Shown piece after piece: positions 36,611 through 49,455 of a stretch of DNA of 49,455 nucleotides. The notes below the pieces were generated by a model, which made no database searches, was not told the DNA's origin, and worked only from the letters and a program-made list of their open reading frames with translations. The DNA lies in contig NC_057750.1 in assembly GCF_004010195.1 (NCBI RefSeq), positions 3,899,450 through 3,948,904 on the forward strand. Direction: 5' to 3'. Position numbers and translations under genes: made by a program. The stretch's first letter is position 1; each line of letters starts with the position of its first letter. The stretch comes from Chiloscyllium plagiosum. Lineage: Eukaryota.

Positions 36611-37589
36611 TTACTATAAGGCAGCTCACCACCACCTTCCCCAGGGGCAATTAGGGATGGGTGATAAAGTCAAACGTACAATCTAGATACAACCTCAAAT
36701 TCAGGGATGCTGTTGTCCTGAGGTTTTCTGTATTTTTCATTTTAATTTTAATCTGTACCCTCCCTAATGACATCAGTGAGGTTAAAGGATGTGTTTAGGA
36801 TCTATTATGCAAAAAAACGGACTCAGGATCAAAAGTAAATATTGATTTTTTCAAAAAATAACTTACATTATATCATAAAGAATTGACAAAAGATTAAACC
36901 CAGTTCCTGGAAGTGACTTGTGTGTTGTTTGCCAGTAACCACAGAAACAGTCTCCAATGGTAATTGTGCATCAGCCCAAGGTAAATGAGACACCTGCAAT
37001 TCATGAATTTAAAACACAACAAAATCTAAAGGGAAAAAATTGGAGGCGGGAGGGTTGGAAATGTTGTCAGTGTGACTGCATGATATGTCAATCAGCTTCA
37101 TTTGGTTCAAAGCAGGTTCTCGAATGTTCCTTAGTGTCAGACAAACATGGCCGTCACTCTGTAGAGAGCAGAGCTGGTCACACACAGTAGGCCCCGACAC
37201 TGCCTGTCAAATTAAATAATCGCACCATGTTTTCTCTAAAATTCTCAAAGCTGTGGGAAGATGGCCCTTGTGAGATCCTGAACAGGAAAGGAATCAAACG
37301 GGGAGATGTCGGTAATGTGGGAATGTTGAGTAGGAGGTTTATGGGACTCTGGTAATCTAGGGCCCAGGCTAATGTGGTGTATCTGAGCAACTCAGATTTA
37401 ATGGCCTCTCTAATGGCCATGCCCCGACAATGACCATTTGTTGGTCCAACAGCCTAAGGTTCAATCCTACTGAGATTGTGGTGACTTACTCCATCAGCCA
37501 TCAGGAAGCAGCCTGCATTTGTATAACGCCTTCAACATGAAACCTCTCGGGAGGACAATCAAGCAGAGATGGAAAGGGGTGAGACTATT

Positions 37590-37965
37590 GAAGGTCTTCC
37601 TATAAAAGGTTTAGGAGTGATCTGATTGAAGTTTTCAAAATATCAATAGAAAAAGGCAGGGTTGATAATGATAAACTATTTCCACTGGTTGGAGATTTTA
37701 GAACCCAAGGGAATAATCTAAGAATTCAGGAGAGATACTAGTAAGCACTTTGACACACAAAGGGTGGTAGAGGTTTGGAACTGTCTTCCACAAATTGCAA
37801 TGGATACTGGATCAGTTGTTAAGTCTGAGTTAGATCTTTTTTATTAAGCAAAGATATTAAGGGATATGGGCCAAAGGCAGGGATATGGAGTTAGGCCACA
37901 GATCAGCCATGATCCCATTGAATAATGGAACAGACTCGAGAGGTTGAATGGCCAACTCCTGTTGG
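37590..37965 (+). mobile_element. Old CR1 3' fragment (others at about 39210-39480 -, 40595-41030 -, 41200-41570 +, 43565-43950 +)
   Basis: Decayed ORF2 C-terminus plus tail gaatggccaactcctg. Confidence 0.65.
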
Positions 37966-38339
37966 AAATGTGAACAGGAATCTGAAAGTAGGAGTGTTGT
38001 GGGACTGGTTTATGATGGAGGCCAGTGAGTATGGGGAGTAAGGGGAGTCAAAGGAACTTGGTATGAGTTAGGGTAGAGTTTTGGATGAGTTCCAGTCCCC
38101 AGAGGATGGAAGGTGTGAGTGTGACCTGTGATAGTCATTGTAAACATGACAGAGACACAGCATGAGGGTCTCAGTGGCAGAGGGAGGGCAGAATCAAGTG
38201 ATGATGTAGAAATGGTTTTGCTGGTGAGTGAGAATTGAACATCATGGCACATCACAGGTCATTAACCAATCAAAACGTGCCACTGAACCACAGAATGAGA
38301 TATTCAGACATCCGATCAAAACAATAGATCAAAGACCTG

Positions 38340-38842
38340 GGTGGCACAGTGGTTAGCACTGCTGCCTCACAGTGCCAGAGACCTAGGTTCGATTCTAGCC
38401 TCGGGCAACTAGTCTCCATTCTTCCTCTGGCAGCTCAGAGGAAGTGGTGGAGGCTGGTATAATTACAACATTTAAAAGGTATCTGGATGAGTATATGAGT
38501 AGGAAGGGTTTAGCGGGATATGGGCCAAGTGCTGGCAAATGGGACCAGATTAGGTCAGGATATCTGGTCAGCATGGAGGAGTTGGACTGAAGGGTCTGTT
38601 TCCGTGCTGTACAGCTCTGTGACTCTACGACTGTGTGGAGTTTGCATGTTCTCCCCGTATCTGCGTGGGTTTCCCCCGAGTGCTCTGGTTTCCTCTCACA
38701 GTCCAAAGATGTGCAGATTAGGGTGGATTCACTGTGCTAAATTTAGTCCCACAGTGTCCAGGGATTTACAGGGATACTATTTGGAAGATTGGTGCAGACT
38801 TAATGGGCCGTAGCCCTCTCTCTGCACCATTGGGATTTTATG
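38340..38842 (+). mobile_element. HE1/V-SINE split by a CR1 3' end (about 38412-38628)
   Basis: SINE head 38340-38411, CR1 tail, then the SINE body resumes at about 38629. Confidence 0.75.
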
Positions 38843-41814
38843 AAGAGGTAGGTTTCACAGAATGCCTTAGAGGAGGCAGACGAGGTAGAGCATTATAGGA
38901 AGGGGATTCTGGAATTCCGGTGGGGTGGGTGGGGGGCCCAAGCAGCTGATGCTGTGATCACCATTAGTGGGCTGGGGTGGGGAGGGGCGAGTGGTGCAAG
39001 GGAAGCCATTGTTTGGAAGGTGTGGTTGGGGGGGATTTGGGGAAGGGTAAGAATGTTTGTCAAGTACTGAATGGAAGATGGTATGGGGTCTTCAGCATGG
39101 TCCTGAAGATGAACAAGACCCACATTTGCTCCTTCTGTCAAGCTGTTGATTTACATAAATGGAAGGGTCTAATTCATGGGTTTAATGGTCATGTGAGTTA
39201 CCAGCTTTCTGATGTAGAGAATCCCATAAGTTCACTGCCCTTTGAGTGAAGAAATGTTTCCTCAACTTGGTCCTAAATGGCCTATCCTGAGGGAACCTAA
39301 CAACAGAGCAGCCCTATCTTTTTGATCCTGAGACTGTATTCCCTGGTTCTAGTCTTCCCAACTAGGGGAAACATCCCTCCTGCTATGAGTCTGTCCAACC
39401 CTCTCAAAGTGTTAGTGTCTCAATGAAGGAAATCCTTATTCTACAAATCTCCAGTGAATACAGTCCCAGGCAAACCGACCCTCCAAAAACAAACATCCAT
39501 ACCAGGAACCAGGAATCCAGGTCAACTCTCTCTGAGCTCGGTCTGTGGCAAGTGACCTTATCGAGGTTTGTAAAATCATGAGGGGCATGGACAGGGTGAA
39601 TAGCCAAGGTCTTTTCCATGGGGTGGGGGAGTCCAAAACCAGAGGGCATTGGTTAAGGGGAGAGGGGAAATATTTAAAAGGACCTGAGGGGTAACTTTTT
39701 CACATAGTGGGTGGTGCGTGTATGGAATGAGCTGCCAGAGGAAATGGTGGAGGCTGGTACAATGACAGCATTTAAAAAGCATCTGGGTGGGTATAAGAAT
39801 AGGAAAGGTTTAGAGGGAAATGGACCAAGTGCTGGTAAATGGGACTGCTTCAGACTGAAATGGGACTATTTCAGTTGGACCGAAGGGTCTGTTTCCATCC
39901 TATATGACTCTATGACAATATCCTTTCTTAGCAATGTAGAGGATGTGGCAACCAATTTGTGCACAGCAAACTCCCATTAAACAGTAATGTAATGACTAGA
40001 TATTTGTTTCTCTTGATGTTGTGCATGTGATAAGTATTGATGTGGAAATCCATGAGGGTTAACACCGGGCACAGCCCCTCCTGCTGTTAGTAAACACTGC
40101 ACTTGATCTCAGCTCACACATGAACATTTCCAACCTCGTAGACTTCATTTTGGAGGCTGTGTTTGTGTGGCCTCCTTCCTCCATCGCACAGCACCTTGAG
40201 ATTCCTTTTCTGTATTTTCAAATTCAGCTGCATTTGTGATTCTGTCCAAAAATAGCACTGGTTGTGTTGCTAGGTTACCAACAGGAGGATACGCACGCTT
40301 CATTGGTTGGTGTCACAGTGTCTCCTTCTTCCAAAAGGGGTGGTCACTGCAGCCTCTCACTAACTGTACAGGATCGGAGGCGAGGGGGGAGTGGGGGGAG
40401 AGGGATGGCGGCAGGGGTCTCAGTGTTGGACGTTCACCTGTCAGGATCATGAGCAGCTGAAGCTCTGATCCGCAGGACCCCACCCTGGCACATCTGAGGG
40501 GCGAAGAAAAACTGTGCATTCACATAGCGCCCTTCAAGGCTGCAGCACTGTACAGGCAACGGAGTAACTCTTCCAAATGTGTTCCCCGCTGTAACAGAAA
40601 CTAGGAGCAGGAGGAGGCCATTCAGCCCATTGAGCCTCCCCCTGTCATTCAACATGAATGTGGCTGATCTTTTACCTCACCGTCGTTTTCTGCTTTCTCT
40701 TCACAACATCTAAACCTTTACCAATCTCTTCTTTGAATGTATTCATTGACTTGGCCTCCACAGGCTCGCTACCCTCTCGGGTGAAGAAATGTTTCTTCAG
40801 CTCAGTCCTCAATGGTCTATCCCATTTCCTGAGACTGTGTCCCCTGGTTCTAGACTCCCTCACTGTGGGAAACATCCTTCCTGTATCCAGTCCTGTTGGA
40901 ATTTGATACATTTCAATCAGATTCCCTTTCATTCTCTTAAATTCCAATGAATATGGTCTCCTCAGATGACATTCCCAGAAACCCAGTGCAATCTTCCCTG
41001 AATTAGGTCTATGGCGAGTATATCCTTTCTTAGCAATGTAGAGAAGGTGGTAGACGATTGCACACATTAAAGCAATCATGTGCCAAGGAGATCACTTAAT
41101 GTTGATCACGAGATAATTATTGACCCTGATAAACCGGAGAAATCTCCCCCGGCCCCCTTCTGTGAGGATGAAGCATCTAATGGCCTATACCAAGAATTTA
41201 AGGTTTGACTTACGAGGAGAGGGTGGACAGATTGGGCCCATCCCACTGGAGTTTTGAAGAACGAGAGGTCATTGTTATTGCAGCACGTAAGATTCTAAGG
41301 GAGCTCGACGGGTAAGATGCTAAGAGGATGACCCCCCCCCCCACCCCCGCCGAGGGGTCACAGTTCCAGGATAGAAAGATCCCTGGAGACGAGGAGGAAT
41401 TTGTTTGGAAATCCCCGTCTCCCGGCAGCTGGTGGAGGTGAGGTCTTGGAATACATTCAAAGCCGATTTAGATGGATTTTCAATGGATGGGGGAGTTGAG
41501 GCCTCAGCTGGGTCAGTCCTGATCTTATTGTCTGGTGAAGCAAGCTTGAGGGGCCGAATGGCCTACTCCTCATTTCTCAGTTACGCCACGTTACACACCA
41601 TGAAATCTTCAGAAACACAGCCAGAGATAGCGATCCCAGGACCCAACATTTGTATATACTTGAATACTGTCTCCTGAATGGATGATAAATGGGTGATGCC
41701 TGATATTCAGTGTTCAATAATCTTACTGATTATATGAAGAACGTTCAAAGCCCTCCCCTCCCTGCCCCCCCCAACCAAGAAAATGCCTTAAATTACATTC
41801 AGATCAGGAAGAGA

Positions 41815-42140
41815 CTGTAGAATCACTTCAGTGTAGAAGCAAGACATTTGGCCCATTGAATCCACACCAATCCTCCAAACAGCATCCCATCAATACCCAA
41901 CCCCCCACCCCATAACCCTGCATTCCCCATGACTAATTCACCTGGCCTGCACATCCCTGGTTACTACAGGCAATTTCCCATGGTCAATCCACCGTAATCT
42001 ATACATCTTTGGATTGTGGGAGGAAACCCAGGCAGACACAGGGAGGACATGCAAACTCCACACAGTCACCCAAGGGTGGAATCAAACCCAGGTCCCTGGT
42101 GCTATGAGGCAGCAGCACTAATCACTGAGCCACCGTGCCC
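41815..42140 (-). mobile_element. HE1/V-SINE-like SINE
   Basis: Reverse complement of the family consensus, head to tail. Confidence 0.8.
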
Positions 42141-42900
42141 CAGCCATTCAGCCCATCGTGCCTATACTGGTTACAAACGGTCCATTCAATCTCCTGCCAT
42201 TTCACAGCCCTTTATTCACAGCAGTAGATCAGAGTGCTTCAAGTGATTTTTTCCAAAGTTTTTTTTGATCAAATATTTCCCTGCATCTGCAACTCTCTCA
42301 GGCAGAGTTCCAGACCCCCATCGACTTCTGGGTAAAAACATTCTCCTCAACTGCTGTCCAAACTTTCTGAGAATTATTCTAAATCTGTTTCCCCGGTTAC
42401 TGACAGCTGCTGAGGGAAACTGGTCATTTATTTCAAACTTAAAGAAGCTGACTTCTTATTTTCAAACAATAACACCTGGTCCTTTCTCCACCCTTTGCGC
42501 AGGACCTCTGTCCACCTTAATGAGATCTCCCTCGGTCTCCTCGGTTCCAAAGGAGAAAAGCTCCAGCCTTTCCTCACCACTTCCCCAGCCATGGCAACAC
42601 CCTCGTAAATCTCCTGCCTACCCCCAGCCCAGTGAAAAGATTCATGGGAATGGTTCCAACTTTAGTGATGTGAGCAGAGAGACAGAAGACAGGAGCAGGC
42701 TTTTTGGCCCCATTTCACCATTCATGGCTGATCATTGAGCTGAATGCTATTCCTTCCCCCCCTCCACATCCCTTCATCTCCTTTAGCCACAAGAGTTATA
42801 GCTACCTCCTTCTTGAGAACGCGGTGTTTTGGCCTTAACCACTTTCTGTGGTAGTGAATTCCATTGGCTCACTGCTGCCTGGGTGAAGACGTTTCTCATC

Positions 42901-43222
42901 TAGAATAGAATCCTCACAGTGTGAAAACAGGCCCTTCAGCCCAACAATTCCACACCAACCTCCAAAGAGTAACTCACCCAGATCCATTCCCCTAACCTAT
43001 TATTGTACATTTATCCCTGACTAATGCACCTAACCTACACACCCCTGGACACCACAGACAATTTTTTATGGGCAATCCACCCTAATCTGCACACCTTTCG
43101 ACTGTGGGAGGAAACCAGAGCATCCGGAGGAAACCCACACAGACAGTAACCCAAGGGTGGAATCGAACCCAGTCCCTGGTGCTGTGAGGCAGCAGTGCTA
43201 ACCACTGAGCCACCGTGCCACC
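42901..43222 (-). mobile_element. HE1/V-SINE inserted into a minus-strand CR1 fragment (about 42680-43445)
   Basis: Full SINE with (ttcta) tail; CR1 sequence continues on both sides. Confidence 0.8.
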
Positions 43223-44544
43223 CTCGATCTCTGATCTAAAAGGTTCACCCCTTATCCTTAAACTATAACCATTGATTCTGGACTCCCCCACCATCGGGAA
43301 CATCTACCCTGTCCAGTCCGGTTGGAATTTTATTGGTTTCTAGAGATCCCCCCCCCATTCTTCTAAACTCCAGTGAATAAAATCCTAACTGACTCAATCT
43401 CTCTCATACGTCACTGCTGACATCCCAGGAATCAATTTGGTAAACCATTCTAATGTGAAACTAAGGTGTAGGGTGTGACAGCTGGGAGGGAATTCCTGTA
43501 CTGTATCAGTGGATCACAATTGGATTATAAATCTTAACCCTGGTGCAATCCCGAAGCAGGTGATCACAGACTGGACACCAGAGGACTAAGGGCAGATTTC
43601 ATTGAGGCATTCAAAATCATGAAGGACCGGGTAATGGAGAAATTGTTTCCATTGGTGGAAGGATCGAGAGTCACAGGGTCACAGGTTGAAGTTAATGGCT
43701 TAAAGAAGCGATGGTGACAGAAGGTTAAAGGTTCTGAGTTGATTGAGTAATTTGGGTCTGGCAATTCCTGCCTAAAGAGTGTACTGGACGCAGATTCAAT
43801 TGAGGCTTTCCAAAGGGAATTGGATTGTTTACCGGGAAGGACGAATGTGCGAAGTTATAAAGGAGAAGACGGGGGAGTGAAATCACTGAACAAATTGCTT
43901 GTTGGGAGATCTGGCCCAGAAACAATGGGCCAAATGACCACCTTCTGTGCTGTGCAAATTGAGATTGTGTGTGGTCACCTGCTTCAGAACTGAGTGAGGG
44001 ACTCTCACCGTGGCCTACCTGAGTGTCTGAGACAGTGTAGGGGGTAGGGTTCCCCTGCCAACTTCCATACCCTGCACTCTGGTTACAGTATAGAAACAGA
44101 CGCTGCCCAGAATAAATCCAGTTGGTTAACTTCAGGAATATTTGTGGATATCCAGGCTCAGGACAGCAGTAAAGTATCACTGGGGGGCGGGGGGGGGGGG
44201 AGCACGCGCTCCACTCTGAAGCAGAGGATTGTGGGCGCAGCCACCTCTAGAGACTCAACCCAAACATCTCCCAGTGCCACTCTGTATTTCAGAAGAAACT
44301 TTAAATCCTAGCCTGCCCTCTTAGGGGAGTATAAAAATCCCATGCTATTCCTTGGAAGAGAATGAGAATTACTTCCATTGTCCTGGCCAATCGCTTACCC
44401 ATTGGATATAAGAAATCATGAGGTTATCTCACAGCGGTGTACTGGAAGTTTGCTCTGCACACATTGGCTGCCATTTCACCAAGTGAGTGTATTACGAAGC
44501 ACTGTGGCTTGGCCTAAACTGGTGAACACCATCTCACAGATAGC

Positions 44545-44780
44545 TGCAGAAATAAAAATTGCTGGAAAAGCTCAGCAGGTCTGACAGCATCTGTAGAGAG
44601 AGATCAGAGTTAGTATTTTGGGTCAAGTGACCCTTCGTCAGAACCACTCTGAGGAAGGATCACTCAACCCGAAATGTTAACCGATTTCTCTGCACAGACT
44701 CTGTTACACTCACTGAGCTTTTCCAGCAGTTTCTGGTTTTGCTTCTGATTGACAGCATTTGCAGTTTATTGGGTTTTTAT
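44545..44780. mobile_element. PLE-derived fold-back element
   Basis: Back-to-back CTGACGA (-) and CTGAGGA (+) cores with GGGTC/GACCC-type stem II; diverged inverted arms. Confidence 0.7.
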
Positions 44781-45693
44781 AAACAGACAGACACAAGTCT
44801 CTCCTGCCACTCGCTTTCGAAGGACCCAACCCTGGCTCCACACTGCCACCTTCTGGTGGTCAGGGTGGGTGAAACCTCAGAGAACATCTAGTTCACCTCC
44901 TCCCTCGCCAAGAGGGACCCAGCAACAGGATGAGCTCAAATTTAAAGGGGGGGGGGGAGGGGAAGAGCTTGCTATTCGAGTCTCCCTGACCCCCATACGA
45001 AAGCCACCCAGAAAAACTAGCTGAGCTTCCCCAACACGTGAATATGTGGTTTTTAATCATAAGACCATGGGAACTAGGAGCAGGAGTAGGCCATTTGGCC
45101 ATTTGAGCCTGCCCCCCCATTCTATAAGATCATGGCTGATCGTTATCATGGACTCAGCTCCACTTACCCGCACTCCCCTCACCATAACCCTTAATTTTAC
45201 GGTTCAAAAATCTATTTTTGCCTTAAAAACATTCAGCGAGGTAGCCTTAACTCCTTCCCTGGGCAGGGAATTCCACAGATTCACAATCCTCTGGGTGAGG
45301 ATGTTCCTCTTCAGCTCAGTCCGAAACCCGCTCCCCTTTATTTTGAGGCAATGTTCCCTCGTTCCAGTTTCACCCACCAGTGAAAACAACCTCGCTGCTT
45401 CGATCTTATCTGTTCCCTCTATAATTTTATATGTTTCTAAAATATCCACCGCACCCCCCCCAACCACCATTTTTCCAAATCTGGTTAACCCATTTAGATA
45501 TGTTTACACGTCCAATGTCAGATGGGAATTGTTCCTGGACATGCTAGCTCAGAGGGAGGGACACAACCACAAGGTGACAAGACACCCTGCGGTGCTTTAA
45601 TCACGAGGTCAGGACTGGACGATCCCAGGGACTTCACAATCAACAAACAACGAGGCCAGAATTTTAAGGAAGAGTCAAACATCAACAAATAAG

Positions 45694-45699
45694 TTTAAT
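45694..45699 (-). promoter_or_regulatory. Candidate polyadenylation signal for the MLK gene (3' UTR about 3.3 kb)
   Basis: ATTAAA on the minus strand followed by GT-rich ttgttgatgtttgac and preceded by AU-rich tgtaaat motifs. Confidence 0.35.
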
Positions 45700-47815
45700 T
45701 TCTTCTACAAATCACAATCACCATTGTCCTCACTGTATAACTTAAGGATAAATCAGCCATTAAAACCTGGCAATTTTGTTTTATATAATTTACATGTATT
45801 TACATCGAGATGAAAGTTTTAAACATCCTTCCAGACTGCTTATTACATCTTTTAGAGTCGATACATCTCATGAGATGTCCTTGCCCAGTGAACAAATGGT
45901 CACATCATTTCCTGCTATTTACAATAATTTACAGAATTAATTAGTTTCTCAACTCAAGACTGCACAGTTATCCAATGCTAGCTGGTCCAACTTGTGACAT
46001 CCTTCTGAGGGGTGACCTTATAGAGGTTTATAAATTCATGAGGGGCATGGATAGGGTAAAAAGTCAAGGTCTTTTCCTCCGGGGCGAGAGAGACCACAAC
46101 TAGAGGGGTTAGGTTTAAGGGAGAGGGGAAAGATTTAAAAGGGACCTAAGGGGCACATTTTTCATGCAGAGGGTGGTGTGTGTATGGAATGAGCTGCCAG
46201 AGGAAGTGGTGGAGGCTGGTACAATTACAACATTTAAAAGGCATCTGAATGGGTATATGAATAGGAAGGGTTTAGAGGGATTATGGGCCAGGTGCTGGCA
46301 AATGGGACTAGATTAATCTGGTCGGCATGAATGAGTTGGACTGAAGGGTCATTTCTGTGCTGTTTGACTCTATATTCTCACCTGGACCGTCTTTAATGGA
46401 GTTGCAATACTGACAGTGAGCACCAGGAGGGGCTGCGACCCAGGATTTGTTCTGGTGAGCATCAGAAACAAGTGCAGCACAGATCAGGCCTGTGGCGAAA
46501 TTATATTTTCCCAAGCACTCAACAGGTTGAATTCCAGAGAATTAATGCAGAGTAGGACTCAATCCTGAAGATTTTCTTTAAGAGGTGGGATAACATTAAT
46601 TCTCACCCCAGCCTTTCCTCCGTCTTTTTGTAGTGGCTTATCTAATTAGTTCTATGGCCCCAGAACCTTCAAAGGTTTCCTTCTCCAAGGTAGATTCCTT
46701 TCAAGGAGCTGACACAGAGGGGATGGATCGAATGGCCCCCTGCTGTTCAAATCCCTTTTGGAAGTTCCTGTTTGAACATCCCCTTGCAGACAGCGCATTC
46801 TGGACCACACTAGCACTTCTTAATTCCCCTACAATTCTTTTACTGAACATTTAAAATCCATCTCCTTTTGGTTATCAAATCTTTTGCCAGTGGCATAATA
46901 CTATTTCTTCTGTAAAAGCCCTCTATCACTTTGAATGCCTCAACTGCAACTTTCCTGCTTTCCGGAGAAAATTATAGCCTGTTAGTCAATCCCCATCAAG
47001 GTAAGTAAGTGTGCAAATTCACATCCTGCCGAAGGTCTGATATGGACCAAATTACTTCAGAACGAGGTCAAAGCAGTGATTATTTCTCTTCTTTTCACTG
47101 GCTGTGGCTGTCACTGGCTGGGCTCAGCATTTATTGCCCGCTCCTAGTTGCCCCTTGAGAAGGTGGGGGTGAGCTGCCTTCCTGAAGCGCTGCATCCCAC
47201 CTGCTGTGGGTTGACCCACAATGCCCTTAGGGAGGGAATTCTGGGATTCTGACCCAGTGACACTGAAGGAACGGTGATATATTTCCAAGCCATGATGGTG
47301 AGGGGCTCAGGGGGGAATTTGCAGGGGGTGTGTTCCCATGTATCTGCTGCCCTGTAGATGGAAGTGTTTGCAAGATGCCAAGGACATACCTTTCTAATGA
47401 TCATCTGGGATGGAAGTGTTTGTGGGTTTGGAGGGTGCTGTCTAAGGACCTTTGGTGAAAGTTTGCAGTGCATGTCATAGATGGTACACCCTGCTGCGAC
47501 TGAGTGTTTGTGGTGGTGCGAGTGGTTACCCTTCCTTATTTACTAAACCAATTCACTCTGTAATGTGTGACTGTTGAAGGAGAGTTAGCTAATTCAGGAA
47601 CACAGGGGCCTGAAAGATCTCATTCTGGCTTTTGATTGACTGGGGACATTGCAGATGTACATCGGACGGTCGAGACTTAGATCAAAATGCAATGTTCTTC
47701 TCTTTCCCCCTTCGACTGGAAACACATTTGGATGAATAATTGGAATCTGTCGGGGGTCTCACTCGATCCCAAGACCTGGATTTCAAGCATACTCCAATTT
47801 CTCAAACGGTGCATG

Positions 47816-47859
47816 CTCAGTGAATGAGTCTGCACCCCCTCAGTGAATGAGTCTGCACC
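47816..47859. repeat. 21-bp direct repeat with a 2-nt spacer in the MLK 3' UTR region
   Basis: ctcagtgaatgagtctgcacc x2. Confidence 0.85.
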
Positions 47860-48417
47860 ATTGAGATGTGTGCAACACCAAATAGCTTCCCTCGCTCAAT
47901 AACCTCTTCTTTTAGCCGTTCCCCTCCGCATCCCTAACATCACCCCTTCCCAAAAACAGTGACGTCAGGGATACAGTGCTGTCTCTGATGTGGCTGGTGT
48001 AATCTTCTCCTGGATAATGAGGGATGGACAACTAAATGCTGTTCACATCCCATGGAAGAGAATGTAAACAACAATAAACTGAAGTGATGGGTGCTGTATC
48101 CTGTTTGACAGGGAAGACGACAGTATTGCTGACCCAGGATGATCCCCAAAACTTCCAACCAAAGTTTTTACAGCGGGAGGTTATTTTTACACTTGCTGTC
48201 CCTCCCCACTCCCGTATCCCCAAACCTTCTGTGTCGCTGGGACCAATATTACAGAAAATCAACCCGTCAAGATTGGCTTTCTGTTTGTCAATTTGGCAAA
48301 ATAACTTTCCAAAACCCAGTGCTACAAGCTCTCCCGCCCTTTCCTGGTGGATGAAGAAAGATAGAGCAAGGAAAATGGAGACTAGACAAGGCCACTATCA
48401 TCACAGTCCCAGCTATC

Positions 48418-48651
48418 TAGGGCTGCCAACCATCTAGGGTTCACCTCGAGTCTTCAGAAATTGACAATTCATCTTCAGACTCCACCACCACTGTGACAAA
48501 ACTCCAAGAGAGAAAATAAAAATTATTGCGCTGTTCTTTTGACGTGTTAATGGTTTAAATAAATATCGTGGAGAGCTGAAAATCTGACTTGTAGCTGGAT
48601 TTCACAGGGTGAAGCCTTCACAAGTAGACCCTGTGAGAGTTGGCAACCCTC
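48418..48651. mobile_element. Possible old non-autonomous DNA transposon (MITE)
   Basis: Terminal inverted repeats agggctgccaac / gttggcaaccct; no TSD visible. Confidence 0.35.
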
Positions 48652-48962
48652 AATCCACCACAAACTGCTTTGAAAGGCTATTTTGGCTAAAATATTGCCC
48701 ACCCCACCCCATGACGCCCACCAGGAAGGTAACAGAAGGGGTCCGTTCCTGTTGATGCTGAATGTTTGAGCACTGAGGCCCTCTCATTGGTTGACTCTCA
48801 TCAATCAGGCAGTTGGTGTTTTGGCCTTACGGGTTGGACAGCTCAGATTTCAAACCGTTGAATCGGAACACGGGGTCATGACACGGCAGGTCAAAGGGCA
48901 GAGATGCTGCAGGTCTGTTGGAGGGTCGGTTTCCAGGATGACAGGCTTGCGGCCTAGTGGTG

Positions 48963-49387
48963 TCAGCGCATGTGACCCTCCTCCACGCTGTAAATGGACT
49001 TTTTATGGAGGGCCAGGTCGGCTTGGCAGAGTGGGACCGTCCCATCAGCCACCTGCCCCTCGAGGTCGATGTCCAGCAAGCTACGGACACAGCCGGTGTC
49101 CAGAGCGGATGGACAGGAGGTGCCGAGGCGCTCATCCCCGGAGTCGGTGTTGCTGGGGGTTTCGGTGCTGCTGCCCGGGGACGCACTGTGAGTCCTGGTG
49201 AAGGAGACAAACCGCCAAGGGTCAATCCGTGGGCGGCTGGCCGAAGGCCGGGGTCTCGGTGCAAACTCCAGGGTCTTTGGCCTCTCCAGGGCCGCGTCCC
49301 TCTCCAACGTTTTCCGCCGCAGGATCGGGGGCAGGAAGGAGTTGGGGTCTGGAAGACGTGGGATCTCAGTGGAATCCTTGGGAACAC
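48963..49387 (-). CDS. MAP3K10: Last coding exon of a mixed-lineage kinase (MAP3K10/MLK2 most likely; the gene continues beyond the window)
   Basis: Minus-strand acceptor cttcttccttctctttgctcccaag| then VPKDSTEIPRLPDPNSFLPPILRRKTLERDAALERPKTLEFAPRPRPSASRPRIDPW...SSTETPSN...SLLDIDLEGQVADGTVPLC...*, the MLK C-terminal signature. The peptide also resembles MAP3K9; MAP3K10 is chosen because TTC9B-MAP3K10 is the known convergent pair. Confidence 0.8.
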
Positions 49388-49455
49388 CTTGGGAGCAAAG
49401 AGAAGGAAGAAGTGAGTGGATGCAGGTCTGGACAAGAGGGGGAGGGGTGGGGGAG

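Larger units (their letters stand above)
40438..44179 (-). other. Speculative spliced ORF or pseudogene (exons 44179-44019, 41673-41599, 40493-40438)
   Basis: Three non-repetitive islands with AG/GT borders and compatible phases; no start or terminal exon identified. Confidence 0.25.

Noticed and set aside
44844..44859. CTCF-like motif (ccaccagaaggtggca on -)
   Set aside because: Mismatches or an insertion in the core consensus; not supportable without data.
48791..49435. Overlapping 136-202 aa ORFs at the right end
   Set aside because: Shadow frames of the MLK terminal exon.

Overview
Eukaryotic vertebrate genomic DNA, most likely a shark (inferred from HE1/V-SINE-like, Deu-SINE-like and HER1/CR1-like repeats). 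The window holds a complete three-exon TTC9B gene on + (CDS 3538-4036, 27273-27455, 29056-29150; 258 aa). It converges tail-to-tail on the last coding exon of a mixed-lineage kinase on - (48963-49387; most likely MAP3K10 by synteny). Most of the rest is transposon-derived: many CR1 3' fragments, tRNA-derived SINEs, an RTE fragment, a decayed Gypsy LTR element and two 5'-truncated Penelope-like elements (PLEs) with a GIY-YIG endonuclease. The most notable signals are: (1) about a dozen short PLE-derived insertions from several sub-families, often fold-back, carrying minimal hammerhead-ribozyme cores with covarying stems, four of them with clean 13-17 bp target-site duplications; (2) a canonical REST/RE1 site just upstream of the TTC9B CDS whose ATG opens a uORF ending in a TGATG stop-start overlap with the TTC9B start; (3) a higher-order minisatellite apparently born from Gypsy RNase H codons; (4) a speculative spliced minus-strand ORF with an FGF/beta-trefoil-like pattern between the two genes. 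Repeat boundaries are approximate and were read by eye; no database searches were run. Most ORF-track entries are repeat-derived or spurious.
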